This document shows, piece after piece, positions 37,427-47,710 of a DNA stretch of 55,792 nucleotides (its first letter is position 1; every line of letters starts with the position of its first letter). This stretch comes from a virus. Its lineage: Duplodnaviria; Caudoviricetes. The DNA lies in IMG/VR virus record IMGVR_UViG_3300027373_000207, positions 1-55,792 of that record, one strand, 5' to 3'. The notes under the pieces were generated by a model. That model was not told the origin of the DNA and searched no databases. It saw only the letters and a list, made by a program, of their open reading frames with translations. The translations under genes were made by a program, and so were the position numbers.

Positions 37427-40400
37427 ATGGTTCAAATTAATTTACATACCGCCAGAGCATTTGCTGCAGAAGCTACCGCTCAGATGCGCGCAGGGGTGCC
37501 AGAAGATGTGCTTCGGCATCTGCTTTCTGCCAATTTTCCGCAGATGTTTCCCGAAAACCCATGGTGGATTCGGGAGCATAGCACAGGTGCAGAAGCTAAT
37601 GTACACTACATAGATGCAGCGGGTTTGAGAAGGAATGGCTTTATAGATTCGCTTGTTGGAATGACGGCAATTGAATATGAGAGGAATCTGACAGTCAGAG
37701 CAATCTACGCTGAAGGATACCATCAGGTTGAAGAGTATTGCTCAGCCTTATTGAATCAGGGCATTGCCTGCGATAACATCATTGGTGTATTATCAGATAC
37801 CGTTCATTGGGTTGCTTACCGCGTCCAAATCACACGGCAGCCAGTACCAGGAATGGAGTACGGTCCAGATAACATTACACTTCATGAAATCGACGCGGTA
37901 AACCTTGAAGACCATACGGACGATAATTTAACACGGTTTGGCCTGTTTATTAATCGATATCTTGGACGTGAAGGGTCACGTCGTCTTAGTGCTTTGGCAT
38001 TAGCAACAGATATGGGATTTGACAGTGTGTTCTGTTATCAGAATATTAATGGGTTTCGGGATGTTGTAGATGCTGCGTTTGCCGGAAGACCGCAATATGG
38101 CAATATGATTGCGTCTCTTTGGCAGAACTTTGTCAGCCACCTTGAGAACAACGGAAGGCAGCCGTTTAACCGGAATATCTATGTAAACGAATTGTATATG
38201 ATCACGCTTGCTAAATTACTATGCGCCAATATCCTGAACGGATCGGTTGTACGAGACGAAGGAGATAATCTGCGGAACATCCTGAATGGTCAATGGTTCA
38301 GGGCTATGGGGTTTGTGAATCTGGTTGAATATGACTATTTTGGATGGTTGAACGAAGCCCCACACGTCAATCAGATTGTAACGATTGCAAGGCAGATGCA
38401 AAATGACTTGGCAGCATATGATTACAGCATTATAGCAACGGAAGATTTGTTCGGGCCTTTGGTCGCGCAATTGGCAGATAGGGATCGTCGTTTACTCTTG
38501 GGGCAAGAATATACTCCACAGTGGTTGGCTCAGAAAATGGTATCTCATGCTATCGAATTGCTCCCTCAGTCAGACTTCCCTAGCTTTGTTGATATGTGCT
38601 GCGGCTCGGGTGTTTTTGTCGTTGAGACAATCAATCAAACGATTGCCCGATACCATATCGTTCCTGATAACTGTCCAACAAATTTGCTGCGTCAACTTAC
38701 AAACAGTGTAGTTGGATTTGATATTGACCCGTTGGCTGTTTTATTGTCAAAACTTAACTGGGCTATGGCTATGCGATCATTTGTACCGCATGCGGTAGCA
38801 GACTTGGTGATACCTATATACCATGCTGACTCTCTATTCACAGCTGCTCCGATTACTACTTTAATTGAGGGCAATTATGAGGAACAAGACCTGCGGATGG
38901 TTTTCGATGGCGAACAGGTTACTTTACCCGGATTCCTAATAACTCCAACGAATAGAAGACTGTTCGATTCTTTAATCCATAAGTGTTATGAAACCGCGAA
39001 AGCCAGGGCTCGTAATACTACAGAAGACTATACTCGCTCCCAAGCCGAGGCGCTTGTAGCAACGTTAATACGCGATGCAGGCGTTTATATTGAAGAAGAG
39101 CAACAAGAAGCTATAATAACGAGTTGTTATGCCTTGATTCCCACACTGGAAAGGCTTCAACGAGAAGGTCGCAATGGTATATGGCCTTTCCTTCTTGGTA
39201 ATAGCTATCGCCCTGGTCTGGTTAGAGGACAGTTCAATGCTATCGTGTCCAATCCGCCTTGGATGGCCATGAGCAAACTGGCTGACAATCCGTACAAAAC
39301 AGTTCTAGTTTCAAGAGCTGAACGGTACGGAATCAAACCAGCTGGTAGTTCGCATCTTCACGTTGAGCTTGCGACGGTCTTTTTCCTGAATTCAGTAGAT
39401 AAGTATCTGCAGGAAAACGCATTGTGCAGCATCATTATGCCAGATACACTATTGAATGGATATCATCACGAACCGTTCAGAAATCAGCAGTTTCTCCGTT
39501 CTGATTGGCAAGTTCATCTGCGGGTCAATGAGATTTGGGATGTTCCTACTGATACATTCAAGAATAAAGCAATTGTAGTATTTGGGCAGAAACTGAACAG
39601 CGCAAACCCCAACCCTATTATCGGACGGCGTGTACGTAGCGATTTACAAGATGAACCATGTGAATTTCGATTGTTACGGCAGGGGAGGCGCTCAGCTTGG
39701 TCCTCTAACCCAAATGCGCATGATATTACTGAAGGCGTCTTAGAACGAATTCCGTTTTTACAAGGCGCTGATATCATGCCAAGGACGCTGGTGTTTCATA
39801 ATGCTATGCGGCAACCTAACGGGCGATGGTCGGTTCGGCCTATCCCACGTCAGAATGATGACCTCTCATATCTTGTTAGTGACGCCAAACGCTACAGAGA
39901 TTTTTCGTTGAATGTACGTAATATGGACGATCAGTTTATCTACGACTGTTATATGTCAAATCACATTCTGCCGTTTTACGCCTGCGATGCAGCAAAGGCT
40001 CTTCTACCGATGAGGAAGGAAGATGGACGTTGGATGGTGGTAGACGAGGCCGACTTGGTACAGTATGGGGCAGGTGCATCAACTGCGTTCCAAAGTATTT
40101 TTGCTGAGTCCGGCGAATCTGCACATCAGTACTTTGATCGGATTAACTATCGAAACAAACTAAACCCACAGGTGTTTGATGCAATTAATGACGAAAAGCA
40201 AATTGTAATGGTGGGTGCCGGAGGCGGATACACATGCGCATGTTTTGTATCGTTCGATCAAATCGACAAAGCGAAGACTATTATTGACCAAACTATCTAT
40301 TGGTATATCGCTGACTCGGAAGAGGAAGCGCTCTATATAACAGGGATGCTCAACAGCATGGCATTGGATACCATTATAGCAGATTTTCAACCAGAAGGAG

Positions 40401-40669
40401 CTATGGGCAGACGTCATGTACACAAGCTACCGTATGCCGTTACACCACCATTTGATGTTGAAAATACTGCTCATATGCTTGTAGTTGAAAAAACACAAGC
40501 TTTAATAAACAGTATTGCGGTTGCTTTGCCAGGTTCGGAGGCCATTGGGTATTGTGCTCCATCGAGCAGCACCCTTGCAGTGCGCAGACGTAAGTTCCGT
40601 CTGTTCATTCATGAATTGCCCGAGATTAGGGACTATGAAGAGGCATGTCGTGAGGTCTATAATGTCTAA
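37427..40669 (+). CDS. Type IIG-like fused endonuclease-methyltransferase
   Basis: N-terminal ID...IEYE and QVEEY nuclease-like motifs; GQEYTP, DMCCGSG, SNPPW. Confidence 0.75.
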   Translation: MVQINLHTARAFAAEATAQMRAGVPEDVLRHLLSANFPQMFPENPWWIREHSTGAEANVHYIDAAGLRRNGFIDSLVGMTAIEYERNLTVRAIYAEGYHQVEEYCSALLNQGIACDNIIGVLSDTVHWVAYRVQITRQPVPGMEYGPDNITLHEIDAVNLEDHTDDNLTRFGLFINRYLGREGSRRLSALALATDMGFDSVFCYQNINGFRDVVDAAFAGRPQYGNMIASLWQNFVSHLENNGRQPFNRNIYVNELYMITLAKLLCANILNGSVVRDEGDNLRNILNGQWFRAMGFVNLVEYDYFGWLNEAPHVNQIVTIARQMQNDLAAYDYSIIATEDLFGPLVAQLADRDRRLLLGQEYTPQWLAQKMVSHAIELLPQSDFPSFVDMCCGSGVFVVETINQTIARYHIVPDNCPTNLLRQLTNSVVGFDIDPLAVLLSKLNWAMAMRSFVPHAVADLVIPIYHADSLFTAAPITTLIEGNYEEQDLRMVFDGEQVTLPGFLITPTNRRLFDSLIHKCYETAKARARNTTEDYTRSQAEALVATLIRDAGVYIEEEQQEAIITSCYALIPTLERLQREGRNGIWPFLLGNSYRPGLVRGQFNAIVSNPPWMAMSKLADNPYKTVLVSRAERYGIKPAGSSHLHVELATVFFLNSVDKYLQENALCSIIMPDTLLNGYHHEPFRNQQFLRSDWQVHLRVNEIWDVPTDTFKNKAIVVFGQKLNSANPNPIIGRRVRSDLQDEPCEFRLLRQGRRSAWSSNPNAHDITEGVLERIPFLQGADIMPRTLVFHNAMRQPNGRWSVRPIPRQNDDLSYLVSDAKRYRDFSLNVRNMDDQFIYDCYMSNHILPFYACDAAKALLPMRKEDGRWMVVDEADLVQYGAGASTAFQSIFAESGESAHQYFDRINYRNKLNPQVFDAINDEKQIVMVGAGGGYTCACFVSFDQIDKAKTIIDQTIYWYIADSEEEALYITGMLNSMALDTIIADFQPEGAMGRRHVHKLPYAVTPPFDVENTAHMLVVEKTQALINSIAVALPGSEAIGYCAPSSSTLAVRRRKFRLFIHELPEIRDYEEACREVYNV

Positions 40670-40830
40670 CGGTTAAAAAGCTGAGGTAAATAGGTTACCT
40701 GGGTTTGACGGTAAGGATGTTCATAAGAAATGTAAAAGCCTGTGAGGGCCGGCAAAAGGGTATCTCAGCCTCGCTTCCGCATGATGATGGGCGAGATATA
40801 GAATAATCGCCATAGGTGGAGGGAACAGTT

Positions 40831-43086
40831 ATGGAAAACGCATTCCAATGGGTGCCGTTTTACGAGGCACTTGCAGACAAGCTACTTACATACAGTAACA
40901 AACGAAGCGAACTCTTCGAATTGATAAAAAAGGTCACTTCGGAGCAGCCGCTTATGAAGTATCTCCATTTTGAGCGGGAGGACTGGTGGGGACCGCGCAA
41001 CCATCAAATTGACCCGTTTTCTGTGATCGGGGTTATGAATCGTGGTACAACGGACGCGAACCGCACAGTGCTGGCAAAAGTTCTTGCTGTAACGTTTGAT
41101 ATCAAGCTTTCCGCACCCACTCAGTTTGAGGGCATTCCAGTTCTAAATAATATGAACTCATTCTTCAATGGGGTGGATGAAGTTTGGGATTTATTTCTGC
41201 TAGCCATGAAAGCCGCTGAAACTAATGATTTCACCGCCGAATTCAAGGTGGCTTTTGAAAAAGCAATTGCAGTCAACGGTAACGGGCTTGCCTATATCAC
41301 AATGGGGTTGTATTGGATACGCCCCAATATATTTATGCCGCTTGATGGTAACTCCCGCTCATATGTTTCTACTAAGTACGGGGTAACCGCTCCGAGCGGT
41401 AATTGCTCCGGGAATGAATATATAGCTTTTCTTGATACTCTCAAATCGAAAGTGGCTGAACAAACACCCGGTATTACGCTCCCTGAAATTTCCTATGCTG
41501 CTTGGACAGAAAAAAGAGATTCGACCCCAGAAAGTAGTAATGCAAATACTAAGTTAGATGGAGTTGTATCTCCGTTTAGCGCCCCCACAGGACAAACCAG
41601 CGGAAATAAAATTCCTAGAAACCTTATCCTTTTCGGAACGCCCGGCACTGGTAAGACCTATAGTTCAATGCAGTATGCTGTTGCCATCATTGAAGAGAAA
41701 CCATTAGCCGATGTGAAAGCTGAGGATTATGAAACAGTATTTGCTCGGTATCTAAAGTATAAAGAAGATGGGCTTGTTGCATTTACGACATTCCACCAGT
41801 CATTCGGATATGAGGAATTCATTGAAGGTATTCGTCCTGTTGTCTCATCGGAGGATAAAGCTGAGTCTGGGCATGAAATCGAATATGAGGTGCACGATGG
41901 AATTTTCAAGGCTTTCTGTGACAAGGCAGGAACACCTATTGGGAGCGGTGCGAGCGTCGACTTAGGGATTGGCAAGAATCCGACTGTATGGAAAGTTTCA
42001 CTTGAAGGCACAGGAGATAATCCTACTCGAACCGAGTGCTTTGCAAATAGTCACATCCGTATCGGTTATGATAGCTACGGCGAAACCCTACCAGACACTT
42101 ATGAAAAGGGTGATAATGGGAGGAATATTCTAAACGCTTTCTACTACAAAATGCAAATCGGCGATATTGTTCTGTCGTGTTACTCAAACAAAACAATAGA
42201 TGCTATCGGTGTTATCACGGGTGAGCCAGAATGGCACGATGAATATCCTCACTACAAAAGGCTTCGCAAAGTAAAATGGCTTGTAACAGGCATCAACGAA
42301 GATATCTACGAGCTTAACTCCGGAAAATTAATGATGCAGCCATCAGTGTATAAGTTGTCAATCTCCGTTTCAGACGCCCTTCAGCTAATAAAAGGACTTA
42401 AGCCGTCCCTATTAACGCAAAAGGTGAAAATCCCGAATCGTGTCTTCATAATCGATGAGATTAACAGAGGAAATATATCGAAAATATTCGGTGAACTGAT
42501 AACGCTTATTGAGCCGACGAAGCGTATTGGGGCAAGCGAGCAATTGAGAGCCTCTTTACCGTACTCAGGACAAAACTTTGGTGTGCCTGACAATGTATAT
42601 CTTATAGGTACGATGAATACCGCTGATCGTTCTATTGCTCGAATCGACGCGGCACTACGCCGCCGGTTCAATTTTGTTGAGATGCAGCCAGAATCGACGA
42701 CACTCAAGGATATTCTTGTCGATGGCATCGACATAGCCAAAATGCTCGATACCCTCAACAAGCGAATCACCGTGCTACTCGATCGTGAGCATACCATTGG
42801 TCATTCATATTTTCTACAACCACTGAAAGCTGACCCGAGCATTGACCGTCTTGCAACGATCTTTGAGAATGAGATAATTCCGCTCCTGCAGGAATACTTC
42901 TACGACGATTACGAGAAGATCCAACTTGTGTTGGGTGATAACCAGAAGCCTGATGACAGCACTCGCTTTATAGTGAAAAAGACCGATGCCGTGAAGTTAT
43001 TCGGGAATGCCGATATTGACTTTCCTGAATACTACGAGATAAACAGTTCGGCGTTCAGGGAGGTCGACGCCTATGCGTTTATCTAA
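40831..43086 (+). CDS. mcrB: McrB-family GTPase of a modification-dependent restriction system
   Basis: GTPGTGKT, FTTFHQSFGYEEF, IIDEINRGN, MNTADRS, LRRRF. Confidence 0.93.
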   Translation: MENAFQWVPFYEALADKLLTYSNKRSELFELIKKVTSEQPLMKYLHFEREDWWGPRNHQIDPFSVIGVMNRGTTDANRTVLAKVLAVTFDIKLSAPTQFEGIPVLNNMNSFFNGVDEVWDLFLLAMKAAETNDFTAEFKVAFEKAIAVNGNGLAYITMGLYWIRPNIFMPLDGNSRSYVSTKYGVTAPSGNCSGNEYIAFLDTLKSKVAEQTPGITLPEISYAAWTEKRDSTPESSNANTKLDGVVSPFSAPTGQTSGNKIPRNLILFGTPGTGKTYSSMQYAVAIIEEKPLADVKAEDYETVFARYLKYKEDGLVAFTTFHQSFGYEEFIEGIRPVVSSEDKAESGHEIEYEVHDGIFKAFCDKAGTPIGSGASVDLGIGKNPTVWKVSLEGTGDNPTRTECFANSHIRIGYDSYGETLPDTYEKGDNGRNILNAFYYKMQIGDIVLSCYSNKTIDAIGVITGEPEWHDEYPHYKRLRKVKWLVTGINEDIYELNSGKLMMQPSVYKLSISVSDALQLIKGLKPSLLTQKVKIPNRVFIIDEINRGNISKIFGELITLIEPTKRIGASEQLRASLPYSGQNFGVPDNVYLIGTMNTADRSIARIDAALRRRFNFVEMQPESTTLKDILVDGIDIAKMLDTLNKRITVLLDREHTIGHSYFLQPLKADPSIDRLATIFENEIIPLLQEYFYDDYEKIQLVLGDNQKPDDSTRFIVKKTDAVKLFGNADIDFPEYYEINSSAFREVDAYAFI

Positions 43087-44350
43087 TAAGACCTATACCA
43101 TAACTGAATACGGCGGTTTTACGCGAGGCGCATCGCTTAGTGGATATCAGAGTTTACCCGAGAGAACCTTCGATGCGCTTGAAAATTTTATACTCGCTAA
43201 TACCTCCGGCACAGAAACAGAGGCGATCGAACTACTATCCTTGTCCGCTCGCCGCGGCATTGGTAAAATTATCACTGCTCGCAACTATGTCGGGCTGATA
43301 ACGATGACAGATGGGACAGTTATAGAGATATTGCCGAAGATAGCGGGCGGCGACCTTTCCGAGGGTGATACGAAGCGGATTTTTCTTGAGATGCTAAAAA
43401 CGCTGAAAGATGTGACATTCAAGGACTTTAACGTTTCGCACTTGCATGCCGACAAATTGAGTCTCCTTGAAATATTCATCAAGATGTTTCTCGATGAGGT
43501 GTCTGTTCTGACTAAGCAAGGGTTGAAAGCTGCATATATGCCTGTTGAGGCTAACGAACGGTTCTACAAAGGGAAACTGCTAGCTTCGCAGAACATTAAG
43601 CACAATCTGATGAACTATGAGCGATTCTTTGTTCGCTACGACGATTTCAGCTTTAACCGACCCGAAAATCGCCTGATTAAGTCCACGCTCCGCTTCCTGT
43701 TGAAACAGACTGCAGATAGCCGCAACCGTCAAAACGCCGCCCGATTGCTCGCATTTTTTGTAAGTGTGGATTTTTCAGAAAGCTACGAAGCTGACTTTTC
43801 AAAGTGCATTAGCGACCGCAGCATGAGCCACTACGACAAAGCGCTTTCGTGGTGCCGCGTTTTCCTCCGGGGCAACAGTTTTACTGCCTTTGCCGGAAGT
43901 GAGGTTGCTCTGGCGCTTCTATTCCCGATGGAAAAAGTTTTCGAGAGTTTTGTTGCAGCCAAGTTTCGCAAGCACCTTGTGAGTGGTATCAGCCTTCGGA
44001 CGCAAGACACCAGATATAGTCTATTTGATAGCCCGACCCGTGCCTTTGCCCTTAGACCAGACCTTGTTTTAGAATCTGGCGAACGTACGGTCGTTTTGGA
44101 CACAAAGTGGAAACTGCTCTCTGATAATGCAAGGAACAACGGGATTTCGCAATCCGATATGTACCAGATGTACGCTTACAGCAAGAAGTATGATGCAAAA
44201 GGGATAGTCCTACTGTATCCGCATTCCGATGCTGTAAGTAAAACAGACATAAGGTATGTATCTGACGACAGCGTCAATGTCCGAGTTTCGTTTGTTGATC
44301 TTAGAAATATGGACGGTAGTATTTCTAAGTTGTTATCGGAGGTGTGCTAA
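43073..44350 (+). CDS. mcrC: McrC-family nuclease subunit
   Basis: IEILPK, LFPMEKVFE, RPD...LDTKWK, DMYQMYAY. Confidence 0.92.
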   Translation: MRLSNKTYTITEYGGFTRGASLSGYQSLPERTFDALENFILANTSGTETEAIELLSLSARRGIGKIITARNYVGLITMTDGTVIEILPKIAGGDLSEGDTKRIFLEMLKTLKDVTFKDFNVSHLHADKLSLLEIFIKMFLDEVSVLTKQGLKAAYMPVEANERFYKGKLLASQNIKHNLMNYERFFVRYDDFSFNRPENRLIKSTLRFLLKQTADSRNRQNAARLLAFFVSVDFSESYEADFSKCISDRSMSHYDKALSWCRVFLRGNSFTAFAGSEVALALLFPMEKVFESFVAAKFRKHLVSGISLRTQDTRYSLFDSPTRAFALRPDLVLESGERTVVLDTKWKLLSDNARNNGISQSDMYQMYAYSKKYDAKGIVLLYPHSDAVSKTDIRYVSDDSVNVRVSFVDLRNMDGSISKLLSEVC

Positions 44351-45360
44351 TGCCCTTTACCATAGTCCGGCAGGACCTCATGAAAATGAAGGTTGACGCA
44401 ATCGTCAATGCTGCAAACACCAAGCTCCAGATGGGTGGCGGCATTTGCGAGGCCATATTTAAGGCAGCGGGAGCGTCCGAACTGCAAGCCGCCTGTAAAA
44501 AACTCGCGCCTATTAAAACAGGTGACGCGATCATTACTTCGGGGTTCGGGCTACCCGCCAAGTTTGTTGTCCACGCAGCTGGACCAGTTTATCGTGGCGG
44601 CAAGAACGGTGAGGAAGAGCAACTGCGCCTTTGCTACCTAAACAGCCTGAAAAGAGCAGTGGAGAACAAGTGTAAAAGCATAGCATTTCCACTAATTTCA
44701 AGCGGCATTTATGGTTACCCGAAAGACGAAGCCCTACGTGTCGCCACGACAGCGATTCAGGATTTCCTCATAGAACACGAATTGGAAGTGTATCTCGCCG
44801 TATTCGACAAGGAAGCGTTCGCTGTCAGCGAGAAGTTACTTGGCGAAATCGAGAGTTATATTGATGAGCATTACTTCGTAGAACACAAGTATAATCGGCG
44901 TGAGTTGCTTGATGTCGAGCGTGAAGTCCTTGAGGAAGCCGACCTTATCAGCAATAATATGCCGTCACCCATGCAAGAACCGATTGTCGGCGCAGGTATT
45001 GACGAGCTGGTAGGCAGACTGGACGAGCCATTCTCGGAGACACTCTTGCGGTTGATTGACGCTAAGGGCAAGACAGACGTGGAAATCTACAAACGTGCCA
45101 ACCTTGACCGAAAGTTGTTTTCCAAAATCAGAACTGGTAAAGGTTATACACCAAGCAAGCGTACTGCCATTGCCCTTGCAGTGGCGTTGGAGTTGTCGCT
45201 CGATGAAACGGATGACCTTTTAGAACGGGCTGGATATGCTCTGTCCCACAGCCAGATGTTCGATGTTATTGTAGAATACTTCATTGTCAGCGGGAAGTAC
45301 GACGTTTTTGAGATTAACGAGGTGCTGTTCAAATACGACCAACCGTTGTTGGGAGGGTGA
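44350..45360 (+). CDS. Macro domain (ADP-ribose binding/hydrolase) fused to a C-terminal HTH
   Basis: DAIVNAAN..L..GGG, VHAAGP, SIAFPLISSGIYGYP; C-terminal YKRANLDRKLFSKIR HTH. Confidence 0.9.
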   Translation: MPFTIVRQDLMKMKVDAIVNAANTKLQMGGGICEAIFKAAGASELQAACKKLAPIKTGDAIITSGFGLPAKFVVHAAGPVYRGGKNGEEEQLRLCYLNSLKRAVENKCKSIAFPLISSGIYGYPKDEALRVATTAIQDFLIEHELEVYLAVFDKEAFAVSEKLLGEIESYIDEHYFVEHKYNRRELLDVEREVLEEADLISNNMPSPMQEPIVGAGIDELVGRLDEPFSETLLRLIDAKGKTDVEIYKRANLDRKLFSKIRTGKGYTPSKRTAIALAVALELSLDETDDLLERAGYALSHSQMFDVIVEYFIVSGKYDVFEINEVLFKYDQPLLGG

Positions 45361-46085
45361 GCATGCAAAATAGGTATGCCGGAGACGTTGGGGATTTTGG
45401 GAAAATTGGTTTGCTTAGGCAAATCAAAAGGTCAGAACTTGGCATCGGCGTAAATTGGTATTTGGCGCCAGATGAGAACCATAATGCCGATGGTAAACAT
45501 ATCGGATACATAACAGACACGCGATATAATGGATGTGATGACTCGCTGAGAAATTCACTAAAAGAAATAGTCAATGGTCAACGTAGCGTTTCTGCTTTGG
45601 AAACTATGAATCTTATCCCAAGCGCTGTTTATTATCACGAAGTGCTTCATTCACCCTTGCGGACTTTCTCCCGCAGGGATTGGCATAATAAAGCATTAGA
45701 AGTGCTTAGATATGCGGACATTGTTTTTCTCGACCCTGATAATGGTTTGCTAGTAAAAAGCGTATCTGCCGGGTACGCAAAAAGTAATAAATATGTGATC
45801 CCGAGCGAGATTGCCGACTATTTTGCCGCCGGAAAAAGCGTAATCATCTACAACCACCGCTGCCGAGAGCAAGAATCTGTCTATTTGCAGCGTTTTGAAT
45901 GGATGCATGAAGATTCAATCCTAAAGAATGCAGTTATCACTGGCGTGACGTTTAAGCGAGGTACAGTTCGAGACTACATATTTGCATTGCAACCAAGCCA
46001 TGCTGCAAGAATTATGGAATGCGTAGATAATATGCTCCAAAGCCCATGGAGAGACCACTTCGTAAAACTTAACATATCCCTCTGA
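45357..46085 (+). CDS. Uncharacterised protein, possibly RlmJ-like SAM-MTase fold
   Basis: RYAGDVGDFGK N-terminus and DIVFLDPDNG motif. Confidence 0.5.
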   Translation: MSMQNRYAGDVGDFGKIGLLRQIKRSELGIGVNWYLAPDENHNADGKHIGYITDTRYNGCDDSLRNSLKEIVNGQRSVSALETMNLIPSAVYYHEVLHSPLRTFSRRDWHNKALEVLRYADIVFLDPDNGLLVKSVSAGYAKSNKYVIPSEIADYFAAGKSVIIYNHRCREQESVYLQRFEWMHEDSILKNAVITGVTFKRGTVRDYIFALQPSHAARIMECVDNMLQSPWRDHFVKLNISL

Positions 46086-46088
46086 TAT

Positions 46089-46105
46089 GTCGCTTGAAAA
46101 GCGAC
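46089..46105. promoter_or_regulatory. Palindrome GTCGC-N7-GCGAC upstream of the vWA gene
   Basis: Perfect 5-bp arms upstream of a TGTTATCCT extended -10-like box. Confidence 0.45.
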
Positions 46106-46159
46106 CGGCTGCCCTGCCGAAATTGTTATCCTTAAGTCACAATAAAACTTAAGGAGGAA

Positions 46160-46819
46160 ATGGCAATGAAAAAAGGATTAACTGAATTGGTATTTATATT
46201 GGACAAAAGCGGCTCGATGGGTGGCTTGGAAACTGACACTATAGGTGGTTACAACTCAATGCTTGCCAAACAACAGACGGTTGAGGGTGAATGCCATATC
46301 ACTACCGTGTTGTTTGATAACAACCACGAGCTGCTCCACGACCGCATCGATATCAAGGCAGTCAGCCCAATTACCGAAAAGGAGTACCAGGTCGGCGGTT
46401 CAACCGCGCTCCTTGATGCCATCGGTAGGACAATCCATAAAATCGGTAATGCCCAGAAGCATACCGCCAACGATTATCAAGCCGAAAAGGTAATGTTTGT
46501 TATCATTACAGATGGAGAAGAGAATTCCAGTCGCGAATATTCGGCCGAGAAGGTCAAGGCGCAGATCGAGCGGCAAAAGAAAAATTATGGGTGGGAGTTT
46601 ATCTTTCTCGGCGCAAACATCGACGCGGTTGAGACGGCGGGTCGGTTCGGCATTTCCGCAGACCGTGCCCAGAACTACCACGCAGACAGTGAAGGTGTTG
46701 AACTGAATTTCCGTGTAATGAGTGAAGCGGTTGCAACATTCCGCGAATGCGCCTCAATGCCGGAGGGCTGGAGTGACGATATTCAAAAGGACTACAAGCG
46801 CCGAGGTGGTCGTAAATAA
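46160..46819 (+). CDS. von Willebrand factor A domain protein
   Basis: MIDAS DKSGS, TALLDAIG, ITDGEEN. Confidence 0.9.
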   Translation: MAMKKGLTELVFILDKSGSMGGLETDTIGGYNSMLAKQQTVEGECHITTVLFDNNHELLHDRIDIKAVSPITEKEYQVGGSTALLDAIGRTIHKIGNAQKHTANDYQAEKVMFVIITDGEENSSREYSAEKVKAQIERQKKNYGWEFIFLGANIDAVETAGRFGISADRAQNYHADSEGVELNFRVMSEAVATFRECASMPEGWSDDIQKDYKRRGGRK

Positions 46820-46902
46820 TGCTTGGAGCAATCATCGGCGACATCGTAGGCTCTGTCTACGAGTGGCATAATATTAATTCAATTTATGAATTTAAAGGAT
46901 AG
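46819..46902 (+). pseudogene. Truncated ADP-ribosylglycohydrolase (ARH/DraG) N-terminus
   Basis: MLGAIIGDIVGSVYEWHNI; TAATG-coupled to vWA; breaks where AT-rich DNA begins. Confidence 0.8.
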
Positions 46903-47556
46903 GTGCTGATGATGGGTAAGAAAGAAAAAGAACTCGTTAGTATTATCACAAAAAATGGGATTTTCAAAACAAGCGATATGCTAATTCCGGCGTTTATGGA
47001 CAAACTTTTATTTGGAAGCCTAAAAGAAGAAATATTAGATGTCTACAGAAAGCTTGGCGGCATGGAAGGAGAATGTGCTTTCAGGGGGAAATGGGATATC
47101 GTTACTGAAAAATGTATAATTGAATTAGATGAGCAACTGCATTTTAATGATTATAGATTAACTACTTTGGAATCGCCTTTATATGATGCAATTAGAACAT
47201 TTCCACTGGAAACATATAGAGACTATTGCAGGAGATATAAAGATAATTGTTTGAAAGCTGGTTCTTTCGGCGGAAAATGGACTAATGACAGTTGCGAGAA
47301 GATGTTTGGACCTGCTCAAAAAAACGGTGATTTGGCCGGAAATGGCAGTCCAAGATGGAAACAAAGAGCTTTTTATGACTTTTTCAAGGATATGTCTTAT
47401 CTAGTAACAAATATTCCGATTGTGAGACTCTCTATTTATGACGTGATAGATTATCGTGGGCGAAAATATGCACTGGGGGATTTGCTTGAAAGTGATTACA
47501 CAATAAGCGAAGATGCTGCTGTTGGAATTCAGGAGCTTATTAATAAGCGTATATAA
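46903..47556 (+). CDS. Putative Vsr-like / PD-(D/E)xK nuclease (DUF7255-like)
   Basis: WD...IELDEQLHF and QRAFYD..KD motifs. Confidence 0.55.
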   Translation: MLMMGKKEKELVSIITKNGIFKTSDMLIPAFMDKLLFGSLKEEILDVYRKLGGMEGECAFRGKWDIVTEKCIIELDEQLHFNDYRLTTLESPLYDAIRTFPLETYRDYCRRYKDNCLKAGSFGGKWTNDSCEKMFGPAQKNGDLAGNGSPRWKQRAFYDFFKDMSYLVTNIPIVRLSIYDVIDYRGRKYALGDLLESDYTISEDAAVGIQELINKRI

Positions 47557-47710
47557 TTACAGTAAGAAACATTTCAAATTATATGTTGATATTTTTCCTT
47601 GCATGGATAATACCCATAAATAGCTTAGCAATTATGCTAAATGAAAAGATGGATTCATGTTAATGGGAGATTAAGCTGGTCAATTTGAATTTAAAAGGAG
47701 ATGTTAACAA

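Noticed and set aside
33622-44350. BREX, DISARM or Type I/III RM
   Set aside because: No PglZ, BrxC, DrmA/B, HsdR/Res helicase or HsdS recognisable
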